From assembly GCF_008831285.2 (NCBI RefSeq), contig NC_045138.2, positions 16,864,001 to 16,928,000 on the forward strand: a DNA stretch of 64,000 nucleotides, given 5' to 3'. Below, in pieces: positions 1 through 14,200 of this stretch. How positions within the stretch are numbered: the first letter of the stretch is position 1; each line of letters opens with the position of its first letter. A model generated the notes under the pieces. It searched no databases and was not told where the DNA came from. It saw only the letters and a program-made list of their open reading frames with translations. The DNA is from Nymphaea colorata. Lineage: Eukaryota. Position numbers and translations under genes: made by a program.

Positions 1-451
1 TACAAATAATTGTTATATATATATATATATATATATTATACACACACACATAATATTTCACCACTCAATTTCAGTATTTCACGTCTGTCAAACCAATTAC
101 ATGGAAAACTTCGTTATTAATTAGTTGTCCAACGTACCCCAGGAGAGAAAATAATTATGTAGCTTTTGATCTTGGTTAATTTATGTGGGGGATCACAACT
201 TACCAATTTTGTTTTAACACTAGTAAGTTTCTAATTATAAACTCCCACCCTTTTCATAAATTAATCTGCTTATACAGATCATGCCTAGATTGGTTTTATG
301 TACTTTTTCCAACTCTACCAGATAGCTTTGTTGAGACTTCAATGTATCCGAAGCACCATATACAATTGAAAAGTTTTGAAGGATAGCTTACCATATACAA
401 TTGAAAAGTTTTGAAGGATAGCTTCAACGACCAAAATTGATTTGCTTATTA

Positions 452-700
452 GAGGCAGTTTGATCAAACAGAACTGAAAATATGTTCTTTAGAAATCAAA
501 TGTATGATAGAACAGACAGAACAGGCAAACATGTTCTATGTGAACTAAAGTTAAATAGAGCAAACATTATGTTTTGGTATTAATTTCATCAAACAATGAA
601 TGGAGAATTGGTGAGTCGATGAGACATGACGGTGGTGTAAACTGTAAAGAACAGGACGTCCTATTGTCCTGTCTCTATGGAACATGAATCAAACGACCTC
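452..700. mobile_element. Tourist-like (PIF/Harbinger) MITE; second copy at 11677-11925
   Basis: Imperfect TIR GAGGCAGTTTGAT / ATCAAACGACCTC with TTA on both sides (449-451, 701-703). Confidence 0.65.
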
Positions 701-2041
701 TTAAGAAAACCGACCTACATAACTGGTTATTGATTGTTTTTTGTTTGGAGGCAGTATTATAAGAGACTTTTAGTGACGGCTTCTGCAAAAGGTCATTGAA
801 CGTCTAACTTTTGTTGATGTCATTCTATTTAACGTCAGTAAATTTACATGTTCGGCACTTTAAAGTTGAGCAAGCAAACGAGAGCAATGCTTTCCATTCA
901 TATGTCAATCATCCCATGATCGGATATAGGGTTATAGAGATGTTAATGGATCAGATTTAAATCAATTATACATTTAACCATATCTACTTTTTTTAATCAG
1001 CTATTAAATTCTTTTCCATATCCGGCTTTTTTTAATGGTTTAGTCGGATATCCAATCGAAATTTGGTATATTGATATCCCTAAATTACATATTTTGATAT
1101 AATGAGTCGGCATGCTTTGAGGGAGCAGGGGCAGGAGATTACTAGTATTGGATCCTCTCACACAGAAACTAATAAATCTTTTGATCTTTTGCAAATGTGA
1201 GATCACAGTTAAATTTTTTGATCTTATTTTTCATGGCCGAATCCAAGTTTGGCTCCAAGTCAAATCAAGAAATATCTGAATATATAGAAGGACATGATTG
1301 TCGGATTAATTTGCACTTTTCAAATTTAGAAATAAATTTTGTCTTCAAGTCGAACAAAAAGGTATTCGAATACTAAAATGCTTCCTCGATCGACAGCAAT
1401 GGGTGCTTCTCCTCCAGCGAACCAAAGTTAACGACTTTTACTGACATTTTGATTTCTTGGCATCAGTAAATGCCTTGTTCTTTGCTCCAGGCAAGAAAAA
1501 CTGTTGGCGTTTAGGAGACACCTAAAACAAAGGGGGGCTGGGGGGCCTCAAAAAAAAAATTAAAAATGTAATTTTTTTAAAAAAATTCATTTATTATGAA
1601 AAAAGTTTTGAAAAATTATATTAATACTATAATTCGACTTCCTGGTGAAAAATTCTGAAGTCCAACGCTGGCAAGAGTTTAAAGAAAGAACGTCAAATCC
1701 ACTCACGTTAGAATGTCACATGCACGAAAAAATTGGCAAAGGAGGCACGGTATTGTTTTGAACTCAAACAAACTTCAACCCTCAATCACCAAGACATACA
1801 ACAAGAGACACAAGTTAGCCCAAGACCATAAAACTCACAACTCTTTAACTTCCATCATAGCAAATACAAGATGGCCACTGCATCCATGCATTATTATTAA
1901 AGCAAGACAACAACACAAACAGGAGACCACAAAAGACAGACCCGGTTACCCATGCACAACGGGTAGCCATTACACAACATTGACCGGAACATACATCTTG
2001 CCACAAGTTTCAACCATTGATGTTGAGATGGAGCGTTTGCA

Positions 2042-2598
2042 TCACGGTTTACGAATTAGCTTCCTGATGGCGTCAGCTTTTTTCTTGTCAAAACTGTCCA
2101 CCAGCTGCTCGATCCTCGCCCTGAGGTTATCCGACTCCCTCTCCAAGCTCCTTAAGCGGTTGCGAGTCTCCTGCAACACTGCCGGGGAAGCCTGCACCCA
2201 TATGCTTCACATTAATATTAATATTGGAGATAAGCCCACAAAATTTACTTTGTTTATGCATAGATAATAACTACATAAAAAGAGGTCCTAACGTCACTAG
2301 TGATGTTACTGACGATAAAGTTTCGTCGAGGACGTCAGTAAAATTAGTGTCGTTGATACTTTCCTGATGTCTTCATGGTTTTTAATTATTTTTTTGACAT
2401 ATGATTACGTTTGAACTTTAAAGCATTAGTGCCACTTTGATAAAAATTTCAGGCTCAGCGAAATCAACCAACCTCATTATCAGGAAGCACGATGTTGTGC
2501 AGCTGGTTTTGCAAGTTCTGCAGCTCGGCTAGGAGTTCTTGGACCCTCTGGTCGGTCGAGCCTGCAGAACTTCCACTTTTTGATCCCGAGCTAGACAT
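2042..2598 (-). CDS. Divergent PRE/ILI-family atypical (non-DNA-binding) HLH protein, 91 aa, 2 exons
   Basis: Exon1 2598-2473 (MSSSGSKSGSSAGSTDQRVQELLAELQNLQNQLHNIVLPDNE), GT donor 2472, tgcAG acceptor 2192, exon2 2191-2042 (ASPAVLQETRNRLRSLERESDNLRARIEQLVDSFDKKKADAIRKLIRKP*). VLQET..(I/L)RSL.RE.D.L..R...L motif, size and single phase-0 intron match PRE/ILI genes. TATTTAAT ~130 nt upstream of ATG. Confidence 0.8.
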
Positions 2599-5500
2599 CT
2601 TCACTGGAGAGGGAGAAGAGCGAGTGTCTAGTTCTTGGCTTGCTATCAAGTCGCAGCCTGAGTCAAGGAGAAGAGAGAGGAGCAAGGAAGGGCGTGTTCG
2701 TGGGGAGGAGGAATGGCCTGAGGTTGGTATTAAATAAGGTTGCGAAGAGAGAATCATATTCAAGAGATGCACCATAAAAAATCCTGACTCCACCTTTTCA
2801 TGCCAAAGCAGAAAGATTGAAATATTACTGCCATTGATTTTACAATCAACAAGTATCCAAAGGCTTCTGATAAATCTCAAGTCACAGGCTGTTAATTAAA
2901 TTAAAGAAAAAAATTTAAGATTTTTCTTCCTTATTTATACTTAAGATTTTGCCAAAGCTGTGTTTGGATGGATGAAAATGAAAGGAACGGGAGGGATGGA
3001 AAGAACAGGAAAAGGAAGGGAATGAGGAGCCAAATGAGAGGAAAGGAAAAAGACATAAAATATATGATTATAAAGCTTGTTTGAACGAAATGGAAATGCA
3101 CATCCCTTTTCATTTTAAGAAGGGCAAATTAATCCAATAACCATGTAGAGTCATTCATATATTTCTTGATTGGACTTGAAGCCAAACTTGGATCTGAGTG
3201 TGAAAAAAATCCAATTTTAACCATGTAAGACCATTCAAATCTTTCTTAATTTGTCTTGAAGCCAAACTTTGATTTCTATATGAAAGAGGCAAAATCATTT
3301 TTACCGTAATTATGCCTTAGTTGTTATAGTGAAAAAGAAACTAACATTACTATACAATCTACACCAAAATATTGGGACATCCTCAAGCCCAAACGATTAA
3401 AATGACAGTTCTCTGAGATATACATGAATTAGTAAAATACTTTTGCTTAAAATTGTCAATATTAAAATTTTTTCTATCTGCACAGGATACTGCATACTCC
3501 ATGAGAACATTTTTAAATACCAGCTTTGCCCATCTACTTTTCTGTACTGAGAAAAAGGATGCTTCTTAGTAGGGCAAGGTTTGAACTAGTAGCAGAGCCA
3601 CATGGAGGCTGGTGTGGGCAGTTCACAAACTTTGATTAGGTTTTACATTAAATGCTTTGATATGTTTGATTGTTTATATGTATAGGTTTCCCTAAAAGTA
3701 TTAAAGTTATTGAATTTAGCGTCCCTTCAGCCAAAATTTTTAGCTCTGCTAGTGCCTTGAACATTTAATCTCGTGCATATTTGATCTTCTCTAGCTCAGA
3801 AATGACTTTCACCAAAAATTATCATGTGCATAATATACTTCCAATTAACTTAACGTAAACACCAAAAGTTTAAAAGTTTTAAAATTTCTCATATCAAGAA
3901 AGTCCTGCGCCTAGGCATAAAAAATCTTGATCCGCAATTTTTTTCTTTCTATCCTGGGAAACTCATTTGCATGGTAAGTACCCACATATACCAAATGAAA
4001 AACGAGTACTACCGTCAGATATGAAGACTAACATGCATCTACATATTAGACCAAGAACGGATCAAAAGAAACTTTTCAATTTCAAAATGTCAATAGTACC
4101 ATACAATTTTTAAGAAAATTACGTACAAATTGTTTAAATATGTAATATGAGTATTATTTGGAATCTAGGCAGGTTGTAATTTTTGTACTAATTGATCCAA
4201 TTATGTCAAAGAAGAACTATTATAAAAAATCATTATAAAGGCATCTCTGGCGCTAAGGATTTCGGCAGAAACAGTCATTTCTGGCGCTCGACAAATGCAA
4301 CAAATTTTCTTATCGGTGGCGCCATAACTGTGCCAGAATGAACCACAACTCTGGGCACTATACCTATGCCAACGAAAAGCAGAGCTTCGGCTCTATGGCG
4401 GTTCGACCACTGGCGCTGCTTTGGGTGTTAGTTTAGCGTCAGAGCCGCAGCTTTTTGTTTTCATTGAGAATATAATTGAATGGAGACTCTTAACTTTTTC
4501 AGAATTACTTAACCATTTAACTAGAGCCATCTAATTCAACCCGATGAACGGTTAAAAGAAAAACAAGGAGAAAAAGTTGATGGGTTTTTCTCACCTTGTT
4601 TTTTTCTCAATCATCCATTTCCTTCAAATGAACAACCTTTGTTAGATGGCTGGGTGACTTTGGATGTACATATATATATATATTCATTGTGTATCTTTTT
4701 ATCTAATAGCTAGATTGGTAAGTTAACAATAACAGGCATCTTTTTTATTTCCAGCCTTACCCATGACATATAGCACCAAATACAAATTTCTTATGTATTA
4801 CCCGCTCCTTATTTATTTTATTTCACAGCAAGCTTATGGTGAAGCAAACCATAATAGTTTATACGAACAAAATGCAATATCCCGACAATTGAAGAACTCT
4901 TAGGTTTCTTTAACTTCGAAAGTCTTGAATTGCAATCCCTTAGCTAGCCATGGGGAAACCTTTTATTCTCCTAGAGCTAGTTTATTTAATATTAAGTTCA
5001 CTTAACTGATTTTGCTTATAATTGGCTTGAACCGAGTCGGTATACCCGATCCTATCAAATCCAGCTGTGGTCATTTTGGATCACTCACGCGAGTTCAGAA
5101 CGTCAGTGAAAGCTCCCAGAGTACAACAAGGAGGACTTTGATGCCAGATGTGGGCATCAGTGACAGTGAACACTTATTTCTTACGTTTGCTGCATATTTA
5201 GTAAAGTTCATGATATTTCACAATTCAAAAAATGACAAACTGAGGATCCCAGCTGTCTCGCCAAACCCAGACTCGTAACCTAAGAAACATACAATCTTAG
5301 CTGACACATGCAACTTGCGACTCGGATTGGCGAGTTTGCCAACTATGCTTATATGGCTGCAATATTAGGAATGCCTTTTAAAATTTTGACAAGAGGGACC
5401 ACCCTTTCACTTCATTCTTCCTAATCTCTCCAATTCAAGGAAATTAAACACTTAAGCTGGAGGCATTTAAGAAGGTGTATAATGCATATTAAGTGCCACT

Positions 5501-6424
5501 AAAAGCGACAGGATGAAGATTTCAACATTGTTTGACCGAAGCCAGTCGAGGCCTAAGTCTCTGCGAGATTCATGAACTGACTTGAGCCGCTTTCGATGTT
5601 AGTGGTCCTCGTAGGTCAGGTGAAGGTGAGCAAAGTCTGTTTGTGGTCATTGTGTCTGCCTCATTTAAGACTTGTGAGTTCCTCTCATACAGCTGTGATG
5701 GGCATATAAGCCATTTTATTAACAAAAGATCTTCACTGCCTTGACTTGGAGAAATGCCTCAATTTTAGGCCTCATTTGTTTCATCACTTGGGAAAGAAAC
5801 CACCTCTAGTGGTTCGATTTGGACCAATGGCTGCGATCCCTAGTTTGATTCTCATAGGTGTCAACTCCTTACATAAGTCTAAATAGGCTTAGGCCTTAGA
5901 TTCAGGGGTACTAGCTTTGAGGTTTTATATTGCATTCAAGTCTTTTGGCCTGGATGCAGTTTCTTTTGGACCTAAATTAAAGGTGAGCAGGAGGCTAATC
6001 CCACTGCCTGAGTGAAAGCCTCTTTCAGACATTAATTACTCTCTAAACATATTTAAGCAAATTAAACAGTTATACTGCAGGCATTTTAAGGTCTTCTTAG
6101 CCTGAATGCAGTTTTCCTTGGACCTAAATCAAGGGCGATGAAGTACAGTTGTTGTGTTGTTGTAATGTTCTAAAACTGTCTTTTGTATTTTCAGCCTTAC
6201 CCACTTGACATAGGCCCAAATACAAGCTTCCAATGTATGACATGTTCCTTATTTATTTTATTTCATAGCGCTGGGAAGAAGCATACAGTATAGTTTATAC
6301 GAACAAAGATGCATCCAGAGAATTAAACCCTCAGCTTCCTTTTAACTGTAAAAGTGTTCAAGTCAGCCCTTACCTTGGGAGCAAACATCTTATTCTCCTA
6401 CAGCTATTTTTTTTATAAATACGT

Positions 6425-7164
6425 CACCACGGGTTTTACTGCCTTCAGAAAAAGGTCAATAATAGTGTACAAACCACCATAGTTAGCAAACTTGTCGAGC
6501 TGACTCGGGAATCGCCGGAGGAGTCAGCTCAGATCGAGCCCTGACTCGACTTGACTGCAGTGATTTACATTATGGTTATTTGAATATTCAATCGAGTCGA
6601 TGAATCAACTTGCTGACCCTGTGATCCGGTCATCTACTGATCCAGGTCCGAGTCATGGGTTTGCCAACTATGCAAACCATCACTTTAAGAATAACTTATT
6701 GATGTTTTCAAGGAAATGTCGATGAAGACCTTTAGCGATGTTTTTAGAAAAATGCCATTGAACACCTACAAAACGTAAGATCTTCACTTATGTTTTTATG
6801 TAAAAATGTCACTAAAAACCAGCAATAAGAGAAGGTAGTGATGTTCCGTTGGATACGATGACTGAACCTTCATTACGTTTTGAGTTGCACATTAGTAAAA
6901 GAAATCTCAGTCATTGAATGACTCACCACTATAGGTCTACAAAGGTGATTGTTTTCAGCGCTGTACCATTTTTCATGTATACAGACAAGTGGGAGGAACT
7001 TTGGAACGTTCCGCGATGTCAAGCTAGGCCCCACCGTTAGCAACGTCAATGAAACATCAGTTATAATTGAACTTTATCGACATTGAAAATGGAACATCTA
7101 TAAAGATATATATTTACTGACATGATATTTTCACACGTTAGTAAATACTTGTGGCCTTATAGTG
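6425..7164. mobile_element. Degenerate non-autonomous CACTA-like element; second copy 17649-18448
   Basis: Left end CACCAC (followed by AGAAAAAAGGGG in copy 2), right end TTATAGTG. 3-bp flanks cgt / tgt differ by one transition. Internal tactgac/gtcagta-like motifs. Confidence 0.45.
6478..6672. mobile_element. hAT-type MITE nested in the CACTA-like relic; longer copy at 17711-17956
   Basis: TIR CATAGTTAGCAAAC / GTTTGCCAACTATG. 8-bp TSD caaaccac/caaaccat here and perfect caaaccac/caaaccac at 17703-17710 and 17957-17964. GACTCG/CGAGTC subterminal motifs. Confidence 0.8.
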
Positions 7165-7254
7165 TGTTAAGTTCTAAACCTCATTTTACAGATAATAGGA
7201 CGACTTATAATTGGGTTGAATTTGAGATGAAGAACTGGCGATATGCCTTATAGC

Positions 7255-7605
7255 GTTTGAAATAACGAAAGTGGTATGAAATAATAAAAGGAGATGACGA
7301 AACAACAACGGCGTGAGATAACGAAGTAGGTTGTATAGCATGAGAGATAACAACATAGGTATGAGATAACGAAATGAGACTTATAACATCTTAAATAACG
7401 ACAAAAGTATGAGATAATGAAACATGTCTTATAGTACCTGAGATAACGACGTGAGTATGAGATAAGAAAACATATCTTATAATGTATGAGATAACGATAA
7501 AAGTATGTGATAACAAAACATGTTATATAGTGTCGGAAAACATGTTATATAGTGTCGGAGATAACAAAAGGGGTCTAAGGTAATGACAAAGGTCTGAGAT
7601 AAAGA
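7255..7605 (+). repeat. Degenerate minisatellite built on (T)GAGATAAC(GA); second copy ~18540-18865
   Basis: About ten GAGATAA/AAATAACG units at irregular 15-50 nt spacing. Confidence 0.75.
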
Positions 7606-10600
7606 AAAGGTGGAGACAAAAACAAACAGAGAAGTATATTGGTCATAATGACATGTATATATAAACTTACACAAGCATTCCCGCCTTCGCATCAGGGCAT
7701 GCTTGATTAAGTAATTCATCGGTAGCCAATCTTGATTCTATTGTCAAATCTCAAAACCTTCTATTACTATGTGGCAGCATCACAAGCCTGTGTACAAAAT
7801 TTTCGCGCACCATGAAAGCGTATATAACCTGCTTCGCGTGTACATAAGATGGCACAAGTTGATTAACCCAAAAATCAAACACATGAACATAATTAACAAG
7901 ATACATATCCACTTACATCATGTCATCATGTGAGCATGACAGATTAACATGCATACTATCCATTTCAGTATACATCACGCATAAGTGAGCATTGGTGATC
8001 ATGTGCATGGATATCAACAAAACTGAGGAACCGAAGTTACGAACTAAAACAATCATACTGATATTAATCGTGCGTCCAGATAACAATCAATCACACTAAT
8101 TAGGCACATACATATAACATGTTTGATTACAATGAAAGCGGGATTAGAGGGAGACAACTTACTCTCCTGACCAGAAAAGTTCCACCGAATATTGGAAATG
8201 AAAGAGACTGGAGAAACAAACATTGATGCGGAAGAGATAGAAGAAACCAGAAGATTGAGAAAGAGCGCGCCAAGCAAAGAGAGAACACACTCAAAAATCT
8301 TAAGGTGGTTTTCCTACCCATTAAGAAAACATATAACTTGTTTAATAGTTTATAATAGTGCAGTAATTAATGTCTTTCTATATATATCAATAATTAATGT
8401 CCCGTTTTCATTATATAGCACATTGTTGCTGGCTCGCAGCTTTACTTCTTTGGTCTGCGAGCGTTGTTTTGGGTCTTATGGACCAACTTTTCATCTTCCC
8501 TCTCAGTGGCAGGGGTCATGGCCCCACCTCTGGTCATTTAAAAAATTAAAAAAAATTACATATAAATTTTAAAAATTTTAAATTAACCTATATAAAAAAA
8601 TTTAAAAATTATATTTTGGCCTTAATATAATGAAAAATTAATTTCCATCTCCAATCCTGTCTACAAGTTGAGGAAAACAGGCCGTCGTTAACGACTTTGT
8701 ACTCTCTTCAATCCACTATAGCTCAAGGTAAAGCTAAATTTGTAGAGGAACAAAATGGCAAGCCTTCATGGACATTGGTGATTAAATTTGGCCCTCTAAG
8801 ATCAGGTATGTATGTCTTCTTGTGCATAACATTGGTGATTAAATTTTCATTCCCTTCAAAATAAGGACATATGCATTTGGTTAAAATATTTTATTTAGTT
8901 TGTCAGCAATATCCTTTCTTCCTCATAAGGATTCGCTTTACGGATTTATTAGTTATGGCTTGTGACTCTTACCACTTTGTGTTTGGTAGCTGGGCATATG
9001 TTTTGTGTACTTAAATATTAGTACGAAGAAAATGAAAAAAATGAAAGCAGTTGTGACACTGTGTTAGTAAGATTAGATAGCTGAGACGATGAATGAACCA
9101 ACTAATGGATGAACAAGAAGAAAAATGAAGAATGTAAAAGGTGAAGAATTAGCACAAGACAAACATTGTGGACCGATCGATCAAAAGTTCTATATTAAGT
9201 CATCGTACAGTATATGCCTGTTGAGCTATTCATTTCTAGGTCTGGTTCATCTTTGCTGTTCGAATTTCTTGCATTTGAGGCTAATAGATTTGGCATTTAG
9301 GATTCATGCTAAATGTTGTTTATTAACACGGAGTAGGTTTCCATGATCTGACATAAAATTTACAACAGATGATTGAACTTGATCCTCCACTTCCAGCTTC
9401 AGCTGTGGATAGGAATTGTGTGTGCAGAAACAGAGCACTTTGCTTCGATCAACGGTCTTTCAGTCGGGTACCCATCGGTTTCTCTCAGTCGGTAAAAACT
9501 GATTAATTTGGGGAAATCTCCAAACATAGTCGATCGCTAGCTTTTTCAACCAGCCGCTAAAGGAGCTACCCCAAAACCCTCACATGCCACCCACCTCACC
9601 CTTTTTGTCGTCTCTTTTCCTTCTTGTGTGCTGCTAATTTCTTATTTCACAGTCTTTCTTCCACTATATATGAACGGACAACTTGTATAGCTTCTAGAGA
9701 AACTGATATTTATTGTGGAAACTTATTGTAGTTTAAGAATAACCAAGTTATGGAAATTGTTAAACTGCCTTTCCAATTTCGTTACTTGCATGTCTTTGAA
9801 CTTGGGTTGGTCAGATTTGTCTCTTACCATCACCTCTTGTAAGTTATCTGTGTCAAAGTCCGGGAAAACATCTGTTTTAGTAGACAAATTAAATTTTGTT
9901 TTAGTATTTACTAGAAAAACATGATGGATATATGCTATGTGCTGGAAGAGTTATTTCTGGATCTACTTGTCTTAAACACACTTTCTGTCTTCGTCAAGTA
10001 CTTTAACAAGGCATTGACGAGTTCTATTGTATCATGTTCATGACGACTGAACATAATTTTTAAGAAACTTCAATCTAAGCTGTGGTATTTATACTCTTAG
10101 CCACAGTTTTGACATTTTGATGTTGCAGAAACCTACCGAAAACGGTGTGCTAGAACATCTAAATGTCAGAATTGAATTCTTTTGTGGAAATTTTCTTCAT
10201 TTTCCCAACCTCTGACATCATAAGAATATTGCCAAGAGAACTGTTTTAGCATTGTCTTGTGATCCCTATGCTTGGTATGGTTTTTGAAGCAACAGCATAA
10301 TATTTCGCCTCACCACATTCTCCTTTGAGCCATCCATCTATTGAATTAGCAACAATCTGGGCATGAGCTAAACTGAGAAATTATGTTGTTACTGGGAACA
10401 TGGTCCATTTCAGCAACTCCTGATCAGGTGGGTCATAATTTTAGTCGAATTATAAGATGGACCTAAAAAACACCCCTTAGTGAAAGGCTACAACCATGTA
10501 TGTCTTATTTTGAAGTAATGCGATCAATGAAGGCTTATAAAACCTTCAAATCCGTGATACTAACTTGCTGGGAAATGATGTCTTCCGTTAGATTGTGCAT

Positions 10601-11225
10601 GTGTGCTATACCGTTTTGTATATTTTCTGCAAAAATACATTTGAAGAGGTAGGAACCTGTTGGAGTGCGGAGCTTGATCCATACTTGATAGCCTTCCCTA
10701 GTTTCTGTAAAGGCATTTATGTCATTTTTTTATGGGTTTTGCCCTAGTCTCATGTTTATGAGGCCGCTGTTTGGCTTGTACTCAGTATTCTTCTATGATA
10801 ATGAAAATTGCTCTATGTGGTAACCGTAGACATAGGAGAATGTTGTCTTCCAACCTAATAAATCTTTGTGTTTTCTTTCTTTCTCTTTCTAATTTTTATT
10901 CTATTGGTATATTAAAAGAGTCTGAGAAAGTCTCGTTCCAAATATAACTGACCTTCATTGAGTTATGGTTAGAGGTCGATAATAGAAAATTCACCTTTAG
11001 GGCACCTTGTTTTTTCCCTTGTGTGTGTGTGTGTAGGGTTTGATCTAACCATGGGATTCACTGCAACAGGCGGTTTGTTATTTAGGTGCTTATAGTTAGT
11101 TTTCACTTTGCTTGTTCTCAAACTAACTTGCATCTAAAGATGGTGATCTCCAAAGCCGAAAGCTGGTTATATGCACATAGCCGGTATTAAAAGCGGTAAG
11201 AATCTTGAAAAGTGTAATGGGCACA

Positions 11226-14200
11226 TACAAATAATTGTTATATATATATATATATATATATTATACACACACACATAATATTTCACCACTCAATTTCAGT
11301 ATTTCACGTCTGTCAAACCAATTACATGGAAAACTTCGTTATTAATTAGTTGTCCAACGTACCCCAGGAGAGAAAATAATTATGTAGCTTTTGATCTTGG
11401 TTAATTTATGTGGGGGATCACAACTTACCAATTTTGTTTTAACACTAGTAAGTTTCTAATTATAAACTCCCACCCTTTTCATAAATTAATCTGCTTATAC
11501 AGATCATGCCTAGATTGGTTTTATGTACTTTTTCCAACTCTACCAGATAGCTTTGTTGAGACTTCAATGTATCCGAAGCACCATATACAATTGAAAAGTT
11601 TTGAAGGATAGCTTACCATATACAATTGAAAAGTTTTGAAGGATAGCTTCAACGACCAAAATTGATTTGCTTATTAGAGGCAGTTTGATCAAACAGAACT
11701 GAAAATATGTTCTTTAGAAATCAAATGTATGATAGAACAGACAGAACAGGCAAACATGTTCTATGTGAACTAAAGTTAAATAGAGCAAACATTATGTTTT
11801 GGTATTAATTTCATCAAACAATGAATGGAGAATTGGTGAGTCGATGAGACATGACGGTGGTGTAAACTGTAAAGAACAGGACGTCCTATTGTCCTGTCTC
11901 TATGGAACATGAATCAAACGACCTCTTAAGAAAACCGACCTACATAACTGGTTATTGATTGTTTTTTGTTTGGAGGCAGTATTATAAGAGACTTTTAGTG
12001 ACGGCTTCTGCAAAAGGTCATTGAACGTCTAACTTTTGTTGATGTCATTCTATTTAACGTCAGTAAATTTACATGTTCGGCACTTTAAAGTTGAGCAAGC
12101 AAACGAGAGCAATGCTTTCCATTCATATGTCAATCATCCCATGATCGGATATAGGGTTATAGAGATGTTAATGGATCAGATTTAAATCAATTATACATTT
12201 AACCATATCTACTTTTTTTAATCAGCTATTAAATTCTTTTCCATATCCGGCTTTTTTTAATGGTTTAGTCGGATATCCAATCGAAATTTGGTATATTGAT
12301 ATCCCTAAATTACATATTTTGATATAATGAGTCGGCATGCTTTGAGGGAGCAGGGGCAGGAGATTACTAGTATTGGATCCTCTCACACAGAAACTAATAA
12401 ATCTTTTGATCTTTTGCAAATGTGAGATCACAGTTAAATTTTTTGATCTTATTTTTCATGGCCGAATCCAAGTTTGGCTCCAAGTCAAATCAAGAAATAT
12501 CTGAATATATAGAAGGACATGATTGTCGGATTAATTTGCACTTTTCAAATTTAGAAATAAATTTTGTCTTCAAGTCGAACAAAAAGGTATTCGAATACTA
12601 AAATGCTTCCTCGATCGACAGCAATGGGTGCTTCTCCTCCAGCGAACCAAAGTTAACGACTTTTACTGACATTTTGATTTCTTGGCATCAGTAAATGCCT
12701 TGTTCTTTGCTCCAGGCAAGAAAAACTGTTGGCGTTTAGGAGACACCTAAAACAAAGGGGGGCTGGGGGGCCTCAAAAAAAAAATTAAAAATGTAATTTT
12801 TTTAAAAAAATTCATTTATTATGAAAAAAAGTTTTGAAAAATTATATTAATACTATAATTCGACTTCCTGGTGAAAAATTCTGAAGTCCAACGCTGGCAA
12901 GAGTTTAAAGAAAGAACGTCAAATCCACTCACGTTAGAATGTCACATGCACGAAAAAATTGGCAAAGGAGGCACGGTATTGTTTTGAACTCAAACAAACT
13001 TCAACCCTCAATCACCAAGACATACAACAAGAGACACAAGTTAGCCCAAGACCATAAAACTCACAACTCTTTAACTTCCATCATAGCAAATACAAGATGG
13101 CCACTGCATCCATGCATTATTATTAAAGCAAGACAACAACACAAACAGGAGACCACAAAAGACAGACCCGGTTACCCATGCACAACGGGTAGCCATTACA
13201 CAACATTGACCGGAACATACATCTTGCCACAAGTTTCAACCATTGATGTTGAGATGGAGCGTTTGCATCACGGTTTACGAATTAGCTTCCTGATGGCGTC
13301 AGCTTTTTTCTTGTCAAAACTGTCCACCAGCTGCTCGATCCTCGCCCTGAGGTTATCCGACTCCCTCTCCAAGCTCCTTAAGCGGTTGCGAGTCTCCTGC
13401 AACACTGCCGGGGAAGCCTGCACCCATATGCTTCACATTAATATTAATATTGGAGATAAGCCCACAAAATTTACTTTGTTTATGCATAGATAATAACTAC
13501 ATAAAAAGAGGTCCTAACGTCACTAGTGATGTTACTGACGATAAAGTTTCGTCGAGGACGTCAGTAAAATTAGTGTCGTTGATACTTTCCTGATGTCTTC
13601 ATGGTTTTTAATTATTTTTTTGACATATGATTACGTTTGAACTTTAAAGCATTAGTGCCACTTTGATAAAAATTTCAGGCTCAGCGAAATCAACCAACCT
13701 CATTATCAGGAAGCACGATGTTGTGCAGCTGGTTTTGCAAGTTCTGCAGCTCGGCTAGGAGTTCTTGGACCCTCTGGTCGGTCGAGCCTGCAGAACTTCC
13801 ACTTTTTGATCCCGAGCTAGACATCTTCACTGGAGAGGGAGAAGAGCGAGTGTCTAGTTCTTGGCTTGCTATCAAGTCGCAGCCTGAGTCAAGGAGAAGA
13901 GAGAGGAGCAAGGAAGGGCGTGTTCGTGGGGAGGAGGAATGGCCTGAGGTTGGTATTAAATAAGGTTGCGAAGAGAGAATCATATTCAAGAGATGCACCA
14001 TAAAAAATCCTGACTCCACCTTTTCATGCCAAAGCAGAAAGATTGAAATATTACTGCCATTGATTTTACAATCAACAAGTATCCAAAGGCTTCTGATAAA
14101 TCTCAAGTCACAGGCTGTTAATTAAATTAAAGAAAAAAATTTAAGATTTTTCTTCCTTATTTATACTTAAGATTTTGCCAAAGCTGTGTTTGGATGGATG

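Larger units (their letters stand above)
1..7696 (+). repeat. Segmental tandem duplication, copy 1 (partner 11226-18977); probably extends left of the window
   Basis: Base 1 (tacaaataattg) recurs at 11226. ORF-track peptides recur at offset 11225/11226. Homology ends at cccgccttcgcatcagg (7696 / 18977). Confidence 0.97.

Noticed and set aside
1713..2267. 184-aa plus-strand ORF (and its copy at 12939-13493)
   Set aside because: Antisense shadow of the PRE-like exon 2 and 3' UTR; no recognisable protein features.
8665..8806. ~48-codon open stretch ending at an AG|GTATGT donor
   Set aside because: No recognisable homology, start or acceptor, and no convincing partner exons.
10659..10915. Possible solo LTR (TGTTGG start, gtagacatagg..aaatctttgtg motif)
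   Set aside because: No clear CA end or TSD; too degenerate to support.
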